A DNA stretch of 64,000 nt, taken from positions 4,261-68,260 of the IMG/VR virus record IMGVR_UViG_3300044845_000779, one strand, 5' to 3'. The translations under genes were made by a program, and so were the position numbers. Position 1 is the stretch's first letter. Every line of letters begins with the position of its first letter. This DNA is from a virus. Shown here in pieces: positions 20,359 through 30,900 of the stretch. Under the pieces are notes generated by a model. It had not been told where the DNA came from. It saw only the letters and a list, made by a program, of their open reading frames with translations, and made no database searches.

Positions 20359-22230
20359 ATGGCTGACGAAACTTACGTCTCACAGATAATCAGCGAGGTT
20401 GAGAGCAAGGTCGACCAGGTCTTCAGTCGCGCCGACACTCTGATCTCGTCGTTTACCTCGGCTGCCAACGCGCTGGCCTCGGTTCCGCTGCCCACGCTCC
20501 CGCCGCTACCCACGCTGGCCGACCCGGGCACGAACTACGGCTCGACGCTGTCGCTGCCTACGCTGCCCAGCGCGCCCTCGGCGCCCTCGATCAACATGAA
20601 TCTGCCGGCGGTGCCGGCCGCGCCAGACATCACGGACCTGGACGCGATTATCAGCTCGCTGCCGGCGTTCAACCCGTCGATCACCACGATCGCGATCCCC
20701 ACAGCGCCGGCTGCGATCGACACGAGCGGCGCGCCCAGCCGCCCGGGAATCACCACCAGCGTCCCGTTGCCTGTCGCACCTGACCTGAGCGCACCGAGCT
20801 TGGGCCCGATGCTGCCGATCACGATCCCGACGTTTACCTTTCCGACGCTGCCGACTTTCGACACCACCGCGCCCGCGTTCACCGCCACAGCACCTGGCGC
20901 AGTCGCCGCCTGGAGCGAGGCGGTCTACGCAAGCGAGGAGCTTGAAAGCATTCAGGCGCGCGTCGCGCTCATGCTCAACGGCAGTTCGGGCCTGCCGCCT
21001 GCGGTAGAAGAGGCGCTCTTTGGGCGGGCCCGCTCGCGTGACGACATCGCAGCACTCAAGGCGGTGCAAGACGCCTACGAGACTTTCGCTGGGCGCGGCT
21101 TTTCGATGCCGCCCGGCATGCTGGTCAAGCAGGTCAACGCGACGATCGAGGACAACCAGCTCAAGGCTCAGGCCACGAGCCGCGAGATCTACGTCAACGC
21201 CAACAAGATCCTGATCGAGCAGCTCAACACAGCCGTGCAGCAGGGCATCGCGCTTGAGGGCTTGCTGAGCAACCTGGCGAACAACACGCTTGCGCGACAG
21301 TTTGAGATGGAAAAGTTCCGCCTGGAGCAAGCCATCTCGCTATACAACGCGCAGGTGCAGGAGTTCAACATCCGCAGCCAGGCGTACAGCGTGGCGGCGA
21401 CCGTCTACCGCACTCGCATCGACGCGGCGCTCTCGGCTGTGCAGGCCTACAAGGTGCAGGTCGACGCTCAGCAGGCTATCAGCGGCATCAACAACCAGAC
21501 GGTGCAGATCTTCCAGGCCCAGCTGCAGGCGCTTGCGACGAGAGCGGACGTCTACAAGACCTCGCTCGAAGCGGTGCAGACGCAGCTCGGCTTTGCCCGC
21601 ACGCAGATCGACATCTACAAGGCCGACATCGACGCGTACGCCACGCGCATCAACGCGGACAAGACCCGCTTTGAGGCCTACGACATCCAGGTGCGCGGCG
21701 AAGCGTCCAAGGTCGGCATCCTCGAGGCCGAGACCCGCGCATTTGCCGCCCGCGTGCAGGCGCAGTCGACCGTGGGCGAGCTGGGCGTAGCCAAAGTGCA
21801 GGCGCGCATTGCCGCCGCAGGCCAAGCCACTCAGGTCTACGCCTCGCAGGTTCAGGCCGAGCGCGACAAAGCGGCGACGACTGCGCAGTCGTTCAGCGCG
21901 CAGGCGCAGATGTTCGTCTCGCAGAGCCAGGCAATCATGGCGCAGGCGGGCGTGGGCGTGTCGATCAAAGAGCTCGACATCAAGAACACCGAAGCCACGC
22001 TGCGCGCAAACATCGCCCGCTACGAGGCCGAGTACAAAAAGTTCGACGGCGAGGCCACGCGCCAGATCAAGTTGTCCGAGCTGAACATCGGCAGCCTGCG
22101 CTCGCTTGCGCAGTATTCCGCCACGCTCGCATCAGGCGCCATGAGCGCGGTCAATCTCGGACTGCAAGCCCAGGGCCAGGCCCAGGCGCAGTGGTCCGAC
22201 TCCACCCAGAAAACTTACTCGTATACCTGA
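20359..22230 (+). CDS. Coiled-coil virion protein (putative ejection/internal protein)
   Basis: Pro-rich N-terminal third, long Ala/Gln helical C-terminus; RGFSMPPG. Confidence 0.6.
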   Translation: MADETYVSQIISEVESKVDQVFSRADTLISSFTSAANALASVPLPTLPPLPTLADPGTNYGSTLSLPTLPSAPSAPSINMNLPAVPAAPDITDLDAIISSLPAFNPSITTIAIPTAPAAIDTSGAPSRPGITTSVPLPVAPDLSAPSLGPMLPITIPTFTFPTLPTFDTTAPAFTATAPGAVAAWSEAVYASEELESIQARVALMLNGSSGLPPAVEEALFGRARSRDDIAALKAVQDAYETFAGRGFSMPPGMLVKQVNATIEDNQLKAQATSREIYVNANKILIEQLNTAVQQGIALEGLLSNLANNTLARQFEMEKFRLEQAISLYNAQVQEFNIRSQAYSVAATVYRTRIDAALSAVQAYKVQVDAQQAISGINNQTVQIFQAQLQALATRADVYKTSLEAVQTQLGFARTQIDIYKADIDAYATRINADKTRFEAYDIQVRGEASKVGILEAETRAFAARVQAQSTVGELGVAKVQARIAAAGQATQVYASQVQAERDKAATTAQSFSAQAQMFVSQSQAIMAQAGVGVSIKELDIKNTEATLRANIARYEAEYKKFDGEATRQIKLSELNIGSLRSLAQYSATLASGAMSAVNLGLQAQGQAQAQWSDSTQKTYSYT

Positions 22231-22238
22231 ACCTGACC

Positions 22239-24980
22239 ATGAATAAATCGCAGATCACGCGTGACTTCGAAGGCAAGATGGCGCTGCGCAAGTACGGCAA
22301 CGGCGGCATGGTTGAGGGCTACGCCAACGGCGGCATGGTCAAGGGCGACGACTCCCGGGTCATGAAAATGTCGCTGCGCAAGTACGGCTCCGGCGGCATG
22401 GTCCAGGGGTACAACAACGGCGGTGCGGTCGGCATGCTGTCTCGTCGCGCAAAGGCGATCGACGCCGAGGTCGACAAAGCCGCGCCTCCGGTGTCTGCAC
22501 CTGCGCCGATGCCCCCGCCGGCACCGACCCCGAAGCCGAATGCGCCCAAGCCGATTCGCTTTGCCAACGGCGGCACGCCGATGGGCACCGACACGGTCCC
22601 GGCGATGCTTACACCCGAGGAGTACGTGCTGCCGGTCAAGACCGCGCGAGCGCTGGGCGGCCCTGAGGTGCTCGACGAGCTGGTGCTGCGCACCAACGGC
22701 AAACCGGCCGGCGGCAAGGTCATAGAGGGCGTGCAGAACAACGCTCGCGGCGGCACGATTTACGCCGAGAGCGGGGGCAGTATGCCGTCGGGTTCGATGC
22801 GTGATCGCAGCCTGTTCGAAAAGCTTCGGGCGCAGAAATTGATCAACGGCCGAACCGTCGCAGACGTGAAGCTGGATATGGACGCTCTTCGCAGCGCCGC
22901 CACACAAGCCAAAGAGACGGCGCTTGCCGCCGAGCAGGCAAAGGGTTTTGGCAGGCAGGTAAAGATGCCAGTGTTTCAGCCTGCCGCTGCGGCGCTGCAA
23001 GAAGGGGCCGAGAACGCGGCCAGAAACGCAGCAGGGTTTGCCGCCGACGTTAAGTCCCGGCTTGCCGGGCAGTATGCAGGGGTCAGGAGAAACGTCGGCG
23101 TCGCCGGCGACGGCATCAAGACAGCCGCGGCCGACGCTGCCAAGGTAGGCAGAAGCGTGCTTGGCATGGCGGGTAACACCGTATCTGACGCGACGGGCGC
23201 CGCGGTCAACGGGTTGCGCAACGCAGGCTCTGCCGTCGTTGACGGCGGGCGCGCAGTGGGTGACGCCGTAACTGACGCAGTAACCAAAGACACCTCCATC
23301 TCGGGCATGGCGCGCACCGATGCGGGCAAAGCAGTCGGAGACGCGAAAGCTGCGGCCGACGCGCTGGAGGCGAAGAAAAATGCGCCTAAGTTTTATCAGC
23401 CCAGCCCGGGGGTGCGCAAGGTTGGCAGCGCGGCGTTCAGCGGACTGAAAGGGCTCAGCCTGCCGGTGCTTGGCTTGCAGGCCGCCAGTCAGATGAGTAC
23501 TCCTACCGAAGACTTTGCCAACAAGTTCAATCAGACCTTTGGGACAAACGCGCAGGCAGGTGAAGGATTCTTCCGCGACGCTGGGCTGCGCGCGGCGGGT
23601 CTTATCTTGGGCAGCGAAAAACCTTCAGCGCCTGTTGCTCCGGCTGGGCCTCAACCTACCGGCCCGGCGAATGCTACCGGTGTAGCAAACGCGCAAGCTG
23701 CGGCCGATGCGGCGGCAAAGCCCACCGATTTCGGAAGCATTTTGCGCAGCGCGCCGGCCGCTCCTACGGGCTTCAACACCCCGAAGCTGCCCGCGGACGG
23801 GATCTACCGCAACGGCAACTCGTTCTCGGACATCACTGACCGCGAAAACGTCATGGCCTCGCAGCGCGCCGCGCGTGCCAAGGAAGCGAGCGACTCGTTT
23901 AACGCAAGCGCAGCCCGCACAAGCCAGGCGTACAAGGACATCGGCAACCTGCGCGAGCAAGAAGCGCTCAACCGGGCACCGGTGTTGGGCAGCTCGTTTG
24001 GCCCGCGCCAGGCATTCTCACGCGGCGGCCCGGTGCTGCCCAACGCAGAAGACAGCGCGCGGTCGATGAACGAAGGTGCCGCACTGCGGGCCGCATCTAA
24101 CCCGAACTTCATGCCGTCGGGCGCGCGTCAGGCGCTGATTGCGAAGCTGAACAACGACGCCTCGATGGCCCGCCAGGAGGGCGCCAACGCGGTCAGCGCG
24201 CGTGGCCAGGACCTGAACTACGATCTGGGCCTGCGCCGTGAAAATACGTCGATGCGCGGTCAGGACTTGCAGATGGCTGCCGAGCAGTTCCGTCGTGAGA
24301 ACTCCTTGGAGAACGCGCGCATTGCTGCCGAGGCCAGCAAGTACGGTTCGGACAACAGCGCAGCGGCGAGCCGGTACGCCACCGACGCGAGCGAGCGCAA
24401 CAACGAGAACACGGTCGGCGCTACCCGCGAGGGCAGCATGCTTCGCTTGTTGTCGGAACAGGCGCGCCTGGGCTACGACCGCGAGAACCTGCGCGACAAG
24501 CGGTTCGTTGACCGCCTTGACCGCTCGTTTATGACGGTGGATGAAAACGGCAAGCCCGTGGCCGACCGTGTGCGTCAGAACTTGTTCGAACAATGGGCGA
24601 CGGCCAACGTCTCGCCCTCGCAGCTGAGCAGCGACCGAGGTTATGCCGACGCAGTCACTCAGTTCAATCTGGCGGAGCGCATGAACGCGAGGCAGGTAAA
24701 TAACGCGTTTGGCGGGCGAACCAGCAGCACGCCGATCGATATTGCCGATGTGCGCCCCGCCAGCTATCGCGACGTCGCCAGCGGCGGTCTGACGGTGGCT
24801 GATTACTTGCGCTCGAAAACTCCCGGAAGAGACGGGCGAGTGGTCGTGGACAAGCTCGGGCGCACCGCGCGCTTTACAGACATGATCGGCCCGGACAACG
24901 ACGCCGCCGCTGCGGCTGAGATCGAGCGCCGTAGACTGGCAAATTCACAGATCGTCGGCTCCGACGGACTGAGGCGCTAA
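22239..24980 (+). CDS. Putative internal virion/ejection protein
   Basis: Repeated (Y/F)xxGG motifs and GTDTVPAMLTPEEYV; start at ATG 22239 inferred. Confidence 0.6.
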   Translation: MNKSQITRDFEGKMALRKYGNGGMVEGYANGGMVKGDDSRVMKMSLRKYGSGGMVQGYNNGGAVGMLSRRAKAIDAEVDKAAPPVSAPAPMPPPAPTPKPNAPKPIRFANGGTPMGTDTVPAMLTPEEYVLPVKTARALGGPEVLDELVLRTNGKPAGGKVIEGVQNNARGGTIYAESGGSMPSGSMRDRSLFEKLRAQKLINGRTVADVKLDMDALRSAATQAKETALAAEQAKGFGRQVKMPVFQPAAAALQEGAENAARNAAGFAADVKSRLAGQYAGVRRNVGVAGDGIKTAAADAAKVGRSVLGMAGNTVSDATGAAVNGLRNAGSAVVDGGRAVGDAVTDAVTKDTSISGMARTDAGKAVGDAKAAADALEAKKNAPKFYQPSPGVRKVGSAAFSGLKGLSLPVLGLQAASQMSTPTEDFANKFNQTFGTNAQAGEGFFRDAGLRAAGLILGSEKPSAPVAPAGPQPTGPANATGVANAQAAADAAAKPTDFGSILRSAPAAPTGFNTPKLPADGIYRNGNSFSDITDRENVMASQRAARAKEASDSFNASAARTSQAYKDIGNLREQEALNRAPVLGSSFGPRQAFSRGGPVLPNAEDSARSMNEGAALRAASNPNFMPSGARQALIAKLNNDASMARQEGANAVSARGQDLNYDLGLRRENTSMRGQDLQMAAEQFRRENSLENARIAAEASKYGSDNSAAASRYATDASERNNENTVGATREGSMLRLLSEQARLGYDRENLRDKRFVDRLDRSFMTVDENGKPVADRVRQNLFEQWATANVSPSQLSSDRGYADAVTQFNLAERMNARQVNNAFGGRTSSTPIDIADVRPASYRDVASGGLTVADYLRSKTPGRDGRVVVDKLGRTARFTDMIGPDNDAAAAAEIERRRLANSQIVGSDGLRR

Positions 24981-24983
24981 GCT

Positions 24984-27900
24984 ATGGCGGGCGTCCTCGA
25001 CTCGCCGCTGCGCCGCTCACCTTCGGCCGACGTGCTCGGTGCACCGAGCGACACCGCAGAGCTTGCCAACGCGATCCGGGTAGACCCGAACGCGTCTTTC
25101 GAGCGCGGGCTGCGCAGTTCAGCCAGTGGCCTGTCGGCCGGCGCGTTCGCCGACGAGGCGCTCAAGGCCGAGCAGCGCGGTGACCGCGAGGGGTTCCTGC
25201 GCAACAAGGCAATCTTCGAAAGCATGCAGCAAGAAGCGCAGCAGTTCGCGCCGCGCGTGCAGCGCGTTGAGCAGATCAACGGTCTGCGCGACGCGGGTGA
25301 CTATGTCGCTGGTGCGCTCGGTCAGGCTGTACCCACAGCGATCCCGTCGCTGGCCGGTGGCTTGGCAGGCGGCTTTGTGGGCGGCCCCACTGGCGCAGTG
25401 ATCGGCGCGAGCATCCCCGGCTACTACATGAATCGTGGCGAGCAAATTGCCTCGCAGTACCAGGACCCGGCGATCGCAGCGCTTCCTGCCGCTCAGCGCG
25501 ACCAGGAAGCCACCCGCTACGGCGTGATGGCTGGCGCGCTTGATGCGCTGGTGCCGGGCTCGGTCGCCTCCCGCCTGCTGCGCCCCACGCTCGGCAACTA
25601 CGTGCGCAACCTGGGCAAAGAAGCGCTGGTCGAGGGTGCTACCGAGGGCGCTCAGACCCTGCTCGGCCAGAACACTCTGGCGCGCCTGAACCCGAACCGG
25701 GACGCAAGCGACGACCGCAGCGAGCTGATCAACTCAGTCCTTGCCGGTGGCATCGGCGGCGCTGGTATGTCGGCAGCCTCGTCTGCGGTGACCGCCGCGC
25801 CGCGCGCGCTGCTCTCGGGTGCGGGACGTACGGCTGATGCAGTTGGCGATGCGGCCGGCGCAGTGGGCGGCGTATTGGGTAGCGCAGCAGATACCGCCAG
25901 CACCGCTGGCCGCTCGCTGCTTGACATGTTCAAAAGCAAGCCGCGCGCACCGATCGATCTTTCCGCCTCGACCGCTGAGGTCGCCGACCAGATCAAGCAG
26001 GGCGGTGCGAACCCGATCTCGCTTGATGATCTGGCCGCGTACGGCAAAGACGCCGCCGATGACGCCCAGCAGCGAGTGTCGGGCATTTTTGAGCGCCGGG
26101 GTGAGAAACCCAGCATGCAGTTTATGGTGGGCGACGACGATCGCGACGTTGCTCGCGAGCTGGTAGCCAGCAACATCGACCGTAGCAGGCTTACGAAAGC
26201 CAGCGAGTCGCAGTTCGTCGAGGCCATGGGCACGCTGCTTGCGGCGATGAAAAGCCCCAAAGGTCTTACCGCCGAGGATCTGCACGACCTGGGCAGCTCG
26301 GACCTCTTCCTGCACACACGCAACCGCGTGAAGATGCTCGAGGACGTGGCGCGCGCAGCAAACCTGCCCACCGGCGCACTCACAGAAGTGCGCAGCGCCG
26401 AGGCAGACCTGGAAGATCGCAACAGTGCGCTGTACCGCACGCTGATGGACAACCCGCGCCTGCAATCCGGCGAAGAGCGCCGCGCCGTCGCGACCATGAT
26501 CGACATGGTTGCCAACGGCTCGGACGTGGGCCGCCAGCGGGGCAGGCTGCAGGGCGAAGGACGCGAAGAGCAGATCTACAACGCGCTGTACCAAGCGTTC
26601 CCGACGCCGGCGCTTCAAAACAAACTGACCCAACTGCTCGGGCAATACTCCGAGCGCCGGCGTGCCGCGATGCGCGCCTCGGGCCAGCTTGTAGTTAACG
26701 ACCCGGGAGAGAACCAGCAAACTGCGGAAATCCGCAACCGGTTCAACGACAACCCTCTGGGCAACGACGCAACGCGCCAGGAGTACGACGACCCGACGCG
26801 CGCAAGCATCAGCGAACGCACGGGCGCCGACGAGTTCATCTTCGCCGACGACAAGGTCGTCCGCCCGTTTACCAGCGCCGCCAACGTGCGGGCGTTGAAA
26901 GCGCAGGGGCGCCTTGGCTCGCGCGCTGCCGGCAACGATCGTGGCGTCGTGCGCTCGAGCATGCTTGAGCACATGAACGCGCACAACGCGCGCGTGAGCG
27001 AGACTGGCAAAGGTACGTTGATCGACCCCGAAAAAGAAGTCGTGCGCGTTCACAAAGACCTGATCGAGCAGAACGCTATCGATCAAGCGCGGCTTGGCAA
27101 AGGCGGCCTGACACCCACCGAGCGCGGCCAACTCAAGCGAGCCATCGAAGGGCGTGATCTGCTCGGCCAGCGCATCGAAGAAGCGATTGCGCGTCCCAGC
27201 CTGGCGGACAAGAAGACCGGCGCGCCGTCGCGCAAAGCGTGGGAAGCCGCGCTCGAGCTCATGCCGATCTACAAGCGGCAGTCGCCCGACGGGGAGGGCG
27301 CGCTTGCGCAGGACGAAGACCTGACCGGCTCTCGATGGGCCAAGGCCGAGCTCAAAGACACCGACGATACGCGCCTGACTTTCCGCAATGCAACGACGCG
27401 CAAGACCTTAAACCTGAACGCAATCAAGTTGCGCAACGCCTGGAAACAGCGCGAGGTAAAGGGCTCGGTCGAGGACAAAACGTCCGCGCAGTTCGAGCTC
27501 GATCGGTTCCACGACGCGGTCGCGAGCGTCATGGGCCGGGGCTACACGCTAGCGCGCTTGTCGAAGACCGGCACGGTGTTGGGCAAAGCCCAGGAAGACG
27601 CGATACAGAATCCAGGTATCCAGAACATCCCCGCGAGCCTGAACATCGGCAAGTTCAACGGCAAGATGACGACCTACGGCGAGCTGGTCGCCGCGGCTAA
27701 CGAGGGCAAGAGCAAGCGCCAGGCGCCGCAAGCAGGGCCGGCGCAAACCGCGCTCGACCGAATCAACTATCAACACGCGAAAAAACACGCAAAAAGCGAA
27801 AACCCTCCGAGCATTCCCGCAGGCCGAAAGATAGGCGAGGTTGCCGGCAAGCAAATGACGTACGGCGAGCTTGTTGCTGCCGCACAAGCCGAAAACGATA

Positions 27901-30900
27901 AAAGCAAAGCGGACAACAAAGTCCGCTACAACCCGCTTGAAGCGGAGATCGAGGACCTTCGGCAAGCGCGGCTCGATGACACGTTGCGGTTTGGGCCGGT
28001 GCCTGATTACAAGCCGCTGCCTGAGACAACTAGAGCGGAGCGCCTTCAGGAAATCGAGGACCACGCAGCGCAAGGCCCAGAAGAACGAGCTGAGGTCTTG
28101 GAAGGCCGCGACGAGACGTTGCAGGCTATCCGGGACAGGGCAAATGTTCTTCGCCGCAAAGTAAGCGACCTGCCGTACCCGCAACGTCAAGCTCGGCGCG
28201 AGTACATCGACAAGCGCAGGGACGAACTGCTGGCGGTCTACAACCAAATGTTCGACAACATCCGCAATCTCGCTCAGGGCGACGAGCGGGAAGGGCCGAT
28301 CGACACCAACTTTCAGATGGGCGAGACGCTGCGCGAACAAGACGCGCCTGGCGTGCGCACGGTTGAGCCGGATACCGGGGAGAGCATCCAGCTTGTGCAA
28401 GACACCGCTCGGCCAGGGCAGGTGCCGACGACCAAGCTGACTGCAGCCACCCGGCCTGACTTTTCCAACACGCGTCCTGATCAGCGAGAAGAAACGGGCG
28501 TTGCTCCCGCCCCAACAGAAAAAGCAGACCGCCCGTCACAGCTTCAGGTGACTGCGGCAGCAATGAAAAAAAAGGGCGTGTATACAAGCGAACCGATGCC
28601 GCTGCCCGACAGGGGCGGCAATCTCAACAAACGCGAGAACGACGCCAAGAACCGCGACCTGCGCCTGAGCACACAAGCACCGCTCGACCTGGGTCTGCCC
28701 GCAGTCTCAGACAAAGAGCGGGCCGACGCTGCGCGGGCGCGCGAGGCTGAGCAGGCCAGGCTTGCCGAGGACGACGCACGGCGCAATAAGGAACCCACTG
28801 GCGAGCAGCTCGAGCTGGGGCGCGCACGTCCGCCCAAGCAACTGCCGGCCGCACCGGTGCGCGAAAAGACCGCCGCACCCATGCCGGCCAAGGTCGAGCC
28901 GCGTGCCCGCCCGCCGCGCGAGATTGGCGTCACGGACTTTCGGGGCAAAGAGCCGGGCAAAGCCGAGATCGACGCGGCCATGACGGCCACCAGCAGCATC
29001 AGGCTCGATGTGCCGACCGTGCGCGCCGAGGAGCCGTACCAGACCCGGATTGCGAACTACCTGAAAGCGAAGGGCTGGACCGAGACTGCGGACAATGCGG
29101 GCGTATTCACCGCACCGCGTCAAAAGCGGTCCGCAGGGACGACCAAGTTCAGCCTCCTGCAGCCGCAGTCGCCGCTGGTGCAGCCCGACCTGACCGCTGA
29201 CCAACAAAAAGAGCTCATCGACGGGCTGGTCAAGCGCCTGGGCAAGAAGGTTGTGGTCAAGATCGAAAAGCTCGCCGGTGGCGTTTCCGGTTCATATGCC
29301 AATCAGCGAGAAATTGCTGGTCTCGATGGAATTCAGACGGTTGCTGCCGATGTCGTGAGCATCGCCATCAACATCGGCATGGACCCGGCGCGCAGCGTGG
29401 CGGCGCACGAGGCGCTGCACGGGCTATTCAACCGGCTGCGCGGTGCGGGCGCATCGAGCTCAAAGCTCTCGTCCGCCGCGATCCTCGAGCGCGTAGCGAT
29501 GACCCCAGCAGTTCAGAAGCAGCTCAAGGCGCTGCTCGCTCAATACCCGGCGGCGCTCAACCAGATCGGCCAGCCGGAAGAAGCCGCAGCCTACATGTAC
29601 CAGTTCTGGAACGCCGGCCAGCTCAAGGTCGTGCCTCCGGCAGCCCAAGACTGGATGAGCAAGATCCGCGACATGATCCGCAGCGTGCTGAAAGTGGCGA
29701 CCGAGCAAGAAAAGGCCGCCGCACTCATGGCCGCGTTCGACAAAGGAGAGTTTTCCAATCCGGCGACGGTCGACGCGGTGCTGCGCGATCTGCGCGAAAA
29801 GACTTTCCGTGAAAAGCTGCAGCAGGGCGAGGTCACCCGTTATCTGATCGATGCCGCCGACAGTCTTCTCCTGAGCTCGACCGACAGACTGCGCGGAACC
29901 AACGTGCCGGCGCTGCGCGATCTGGCGCGCAAGTTCCACGTCGAGACCGATAACGAAGGTGGCAGGCTTGGCTTTTTGCAGCGACGCGCTCAGCAGCAAA
30001 ACCAGATGGCAAACCGGCTCAACAAGCTGCTGGTGGGCAAGTCCGAGACGGTAAAGGCCGACGCGCTGTACGCGCTGCAGACCCAGCAGCCTGCAACGTC
30101 GAAAGAAGCGCAGGAGCTGGTCGACGGTCTGCGTGGCTTTCTTGATAGCTCGCACGACTACTTGACGCGCATGGGCGTGATGACCTTGAGCTACAAGACG
30201 AGCAAAGACCAGTACGGAAACAGCGTGGAGGTCCCCGGGTGGGACCCACTGCGCAAGGTGAAGAACTATTTCCCGCGCGTGTGGGACAGCGAACGGATTC
30301 TGGCCAACGAAACAGAGTTCCGCGACCTGTTGACCAAGTACCTGCTGGCCGACGGCGTGACCAAGCTGGACGTGGGCGTGATGGTCGACGGCATCGTGCG
30401 CTCACTTGTTACCGAAGACACAGTGGGGATGAACGACAACGCCGCCTACACGCCGTTCATGGAAGCGTCGAACTCGCGGGCGCTTACCTTCATCAACGCC
30501 AAGAACGCCGAGCAGTTCCAAAAGTTCCAGGCGCAAGACCTCTCGTACATCATGAGCCGGTACATCTTTGCTGCAGCGCACCGCGGCGCGTACGCCAAGA
30601 TCTTTGGCAACGACGGCGAAGTGATCAGAGAGGCGCTCGACGAGGCCGTAAAGCAGGGCGCGTCGGCTAAAGACCTCGACGTTGCGAAGCGAGCCACCTC
30701 GGCGCTGCTGGGCACGATGGGCAAGGACCTCGATCCGAAGCTGCGCACGCTCATGAACGGCATCATCGCCTACGAAAACATCGTGCTGCTGCCGTTCAGT
30801 CTGATCAACAACCTGATGGATGCAGTCGGAATCGCTGCACGCTCTGGCGATCTGAAAGACTCGTGGGAAGCGCTAAAGACTGGCTTGGCCGGGGTAAAAG

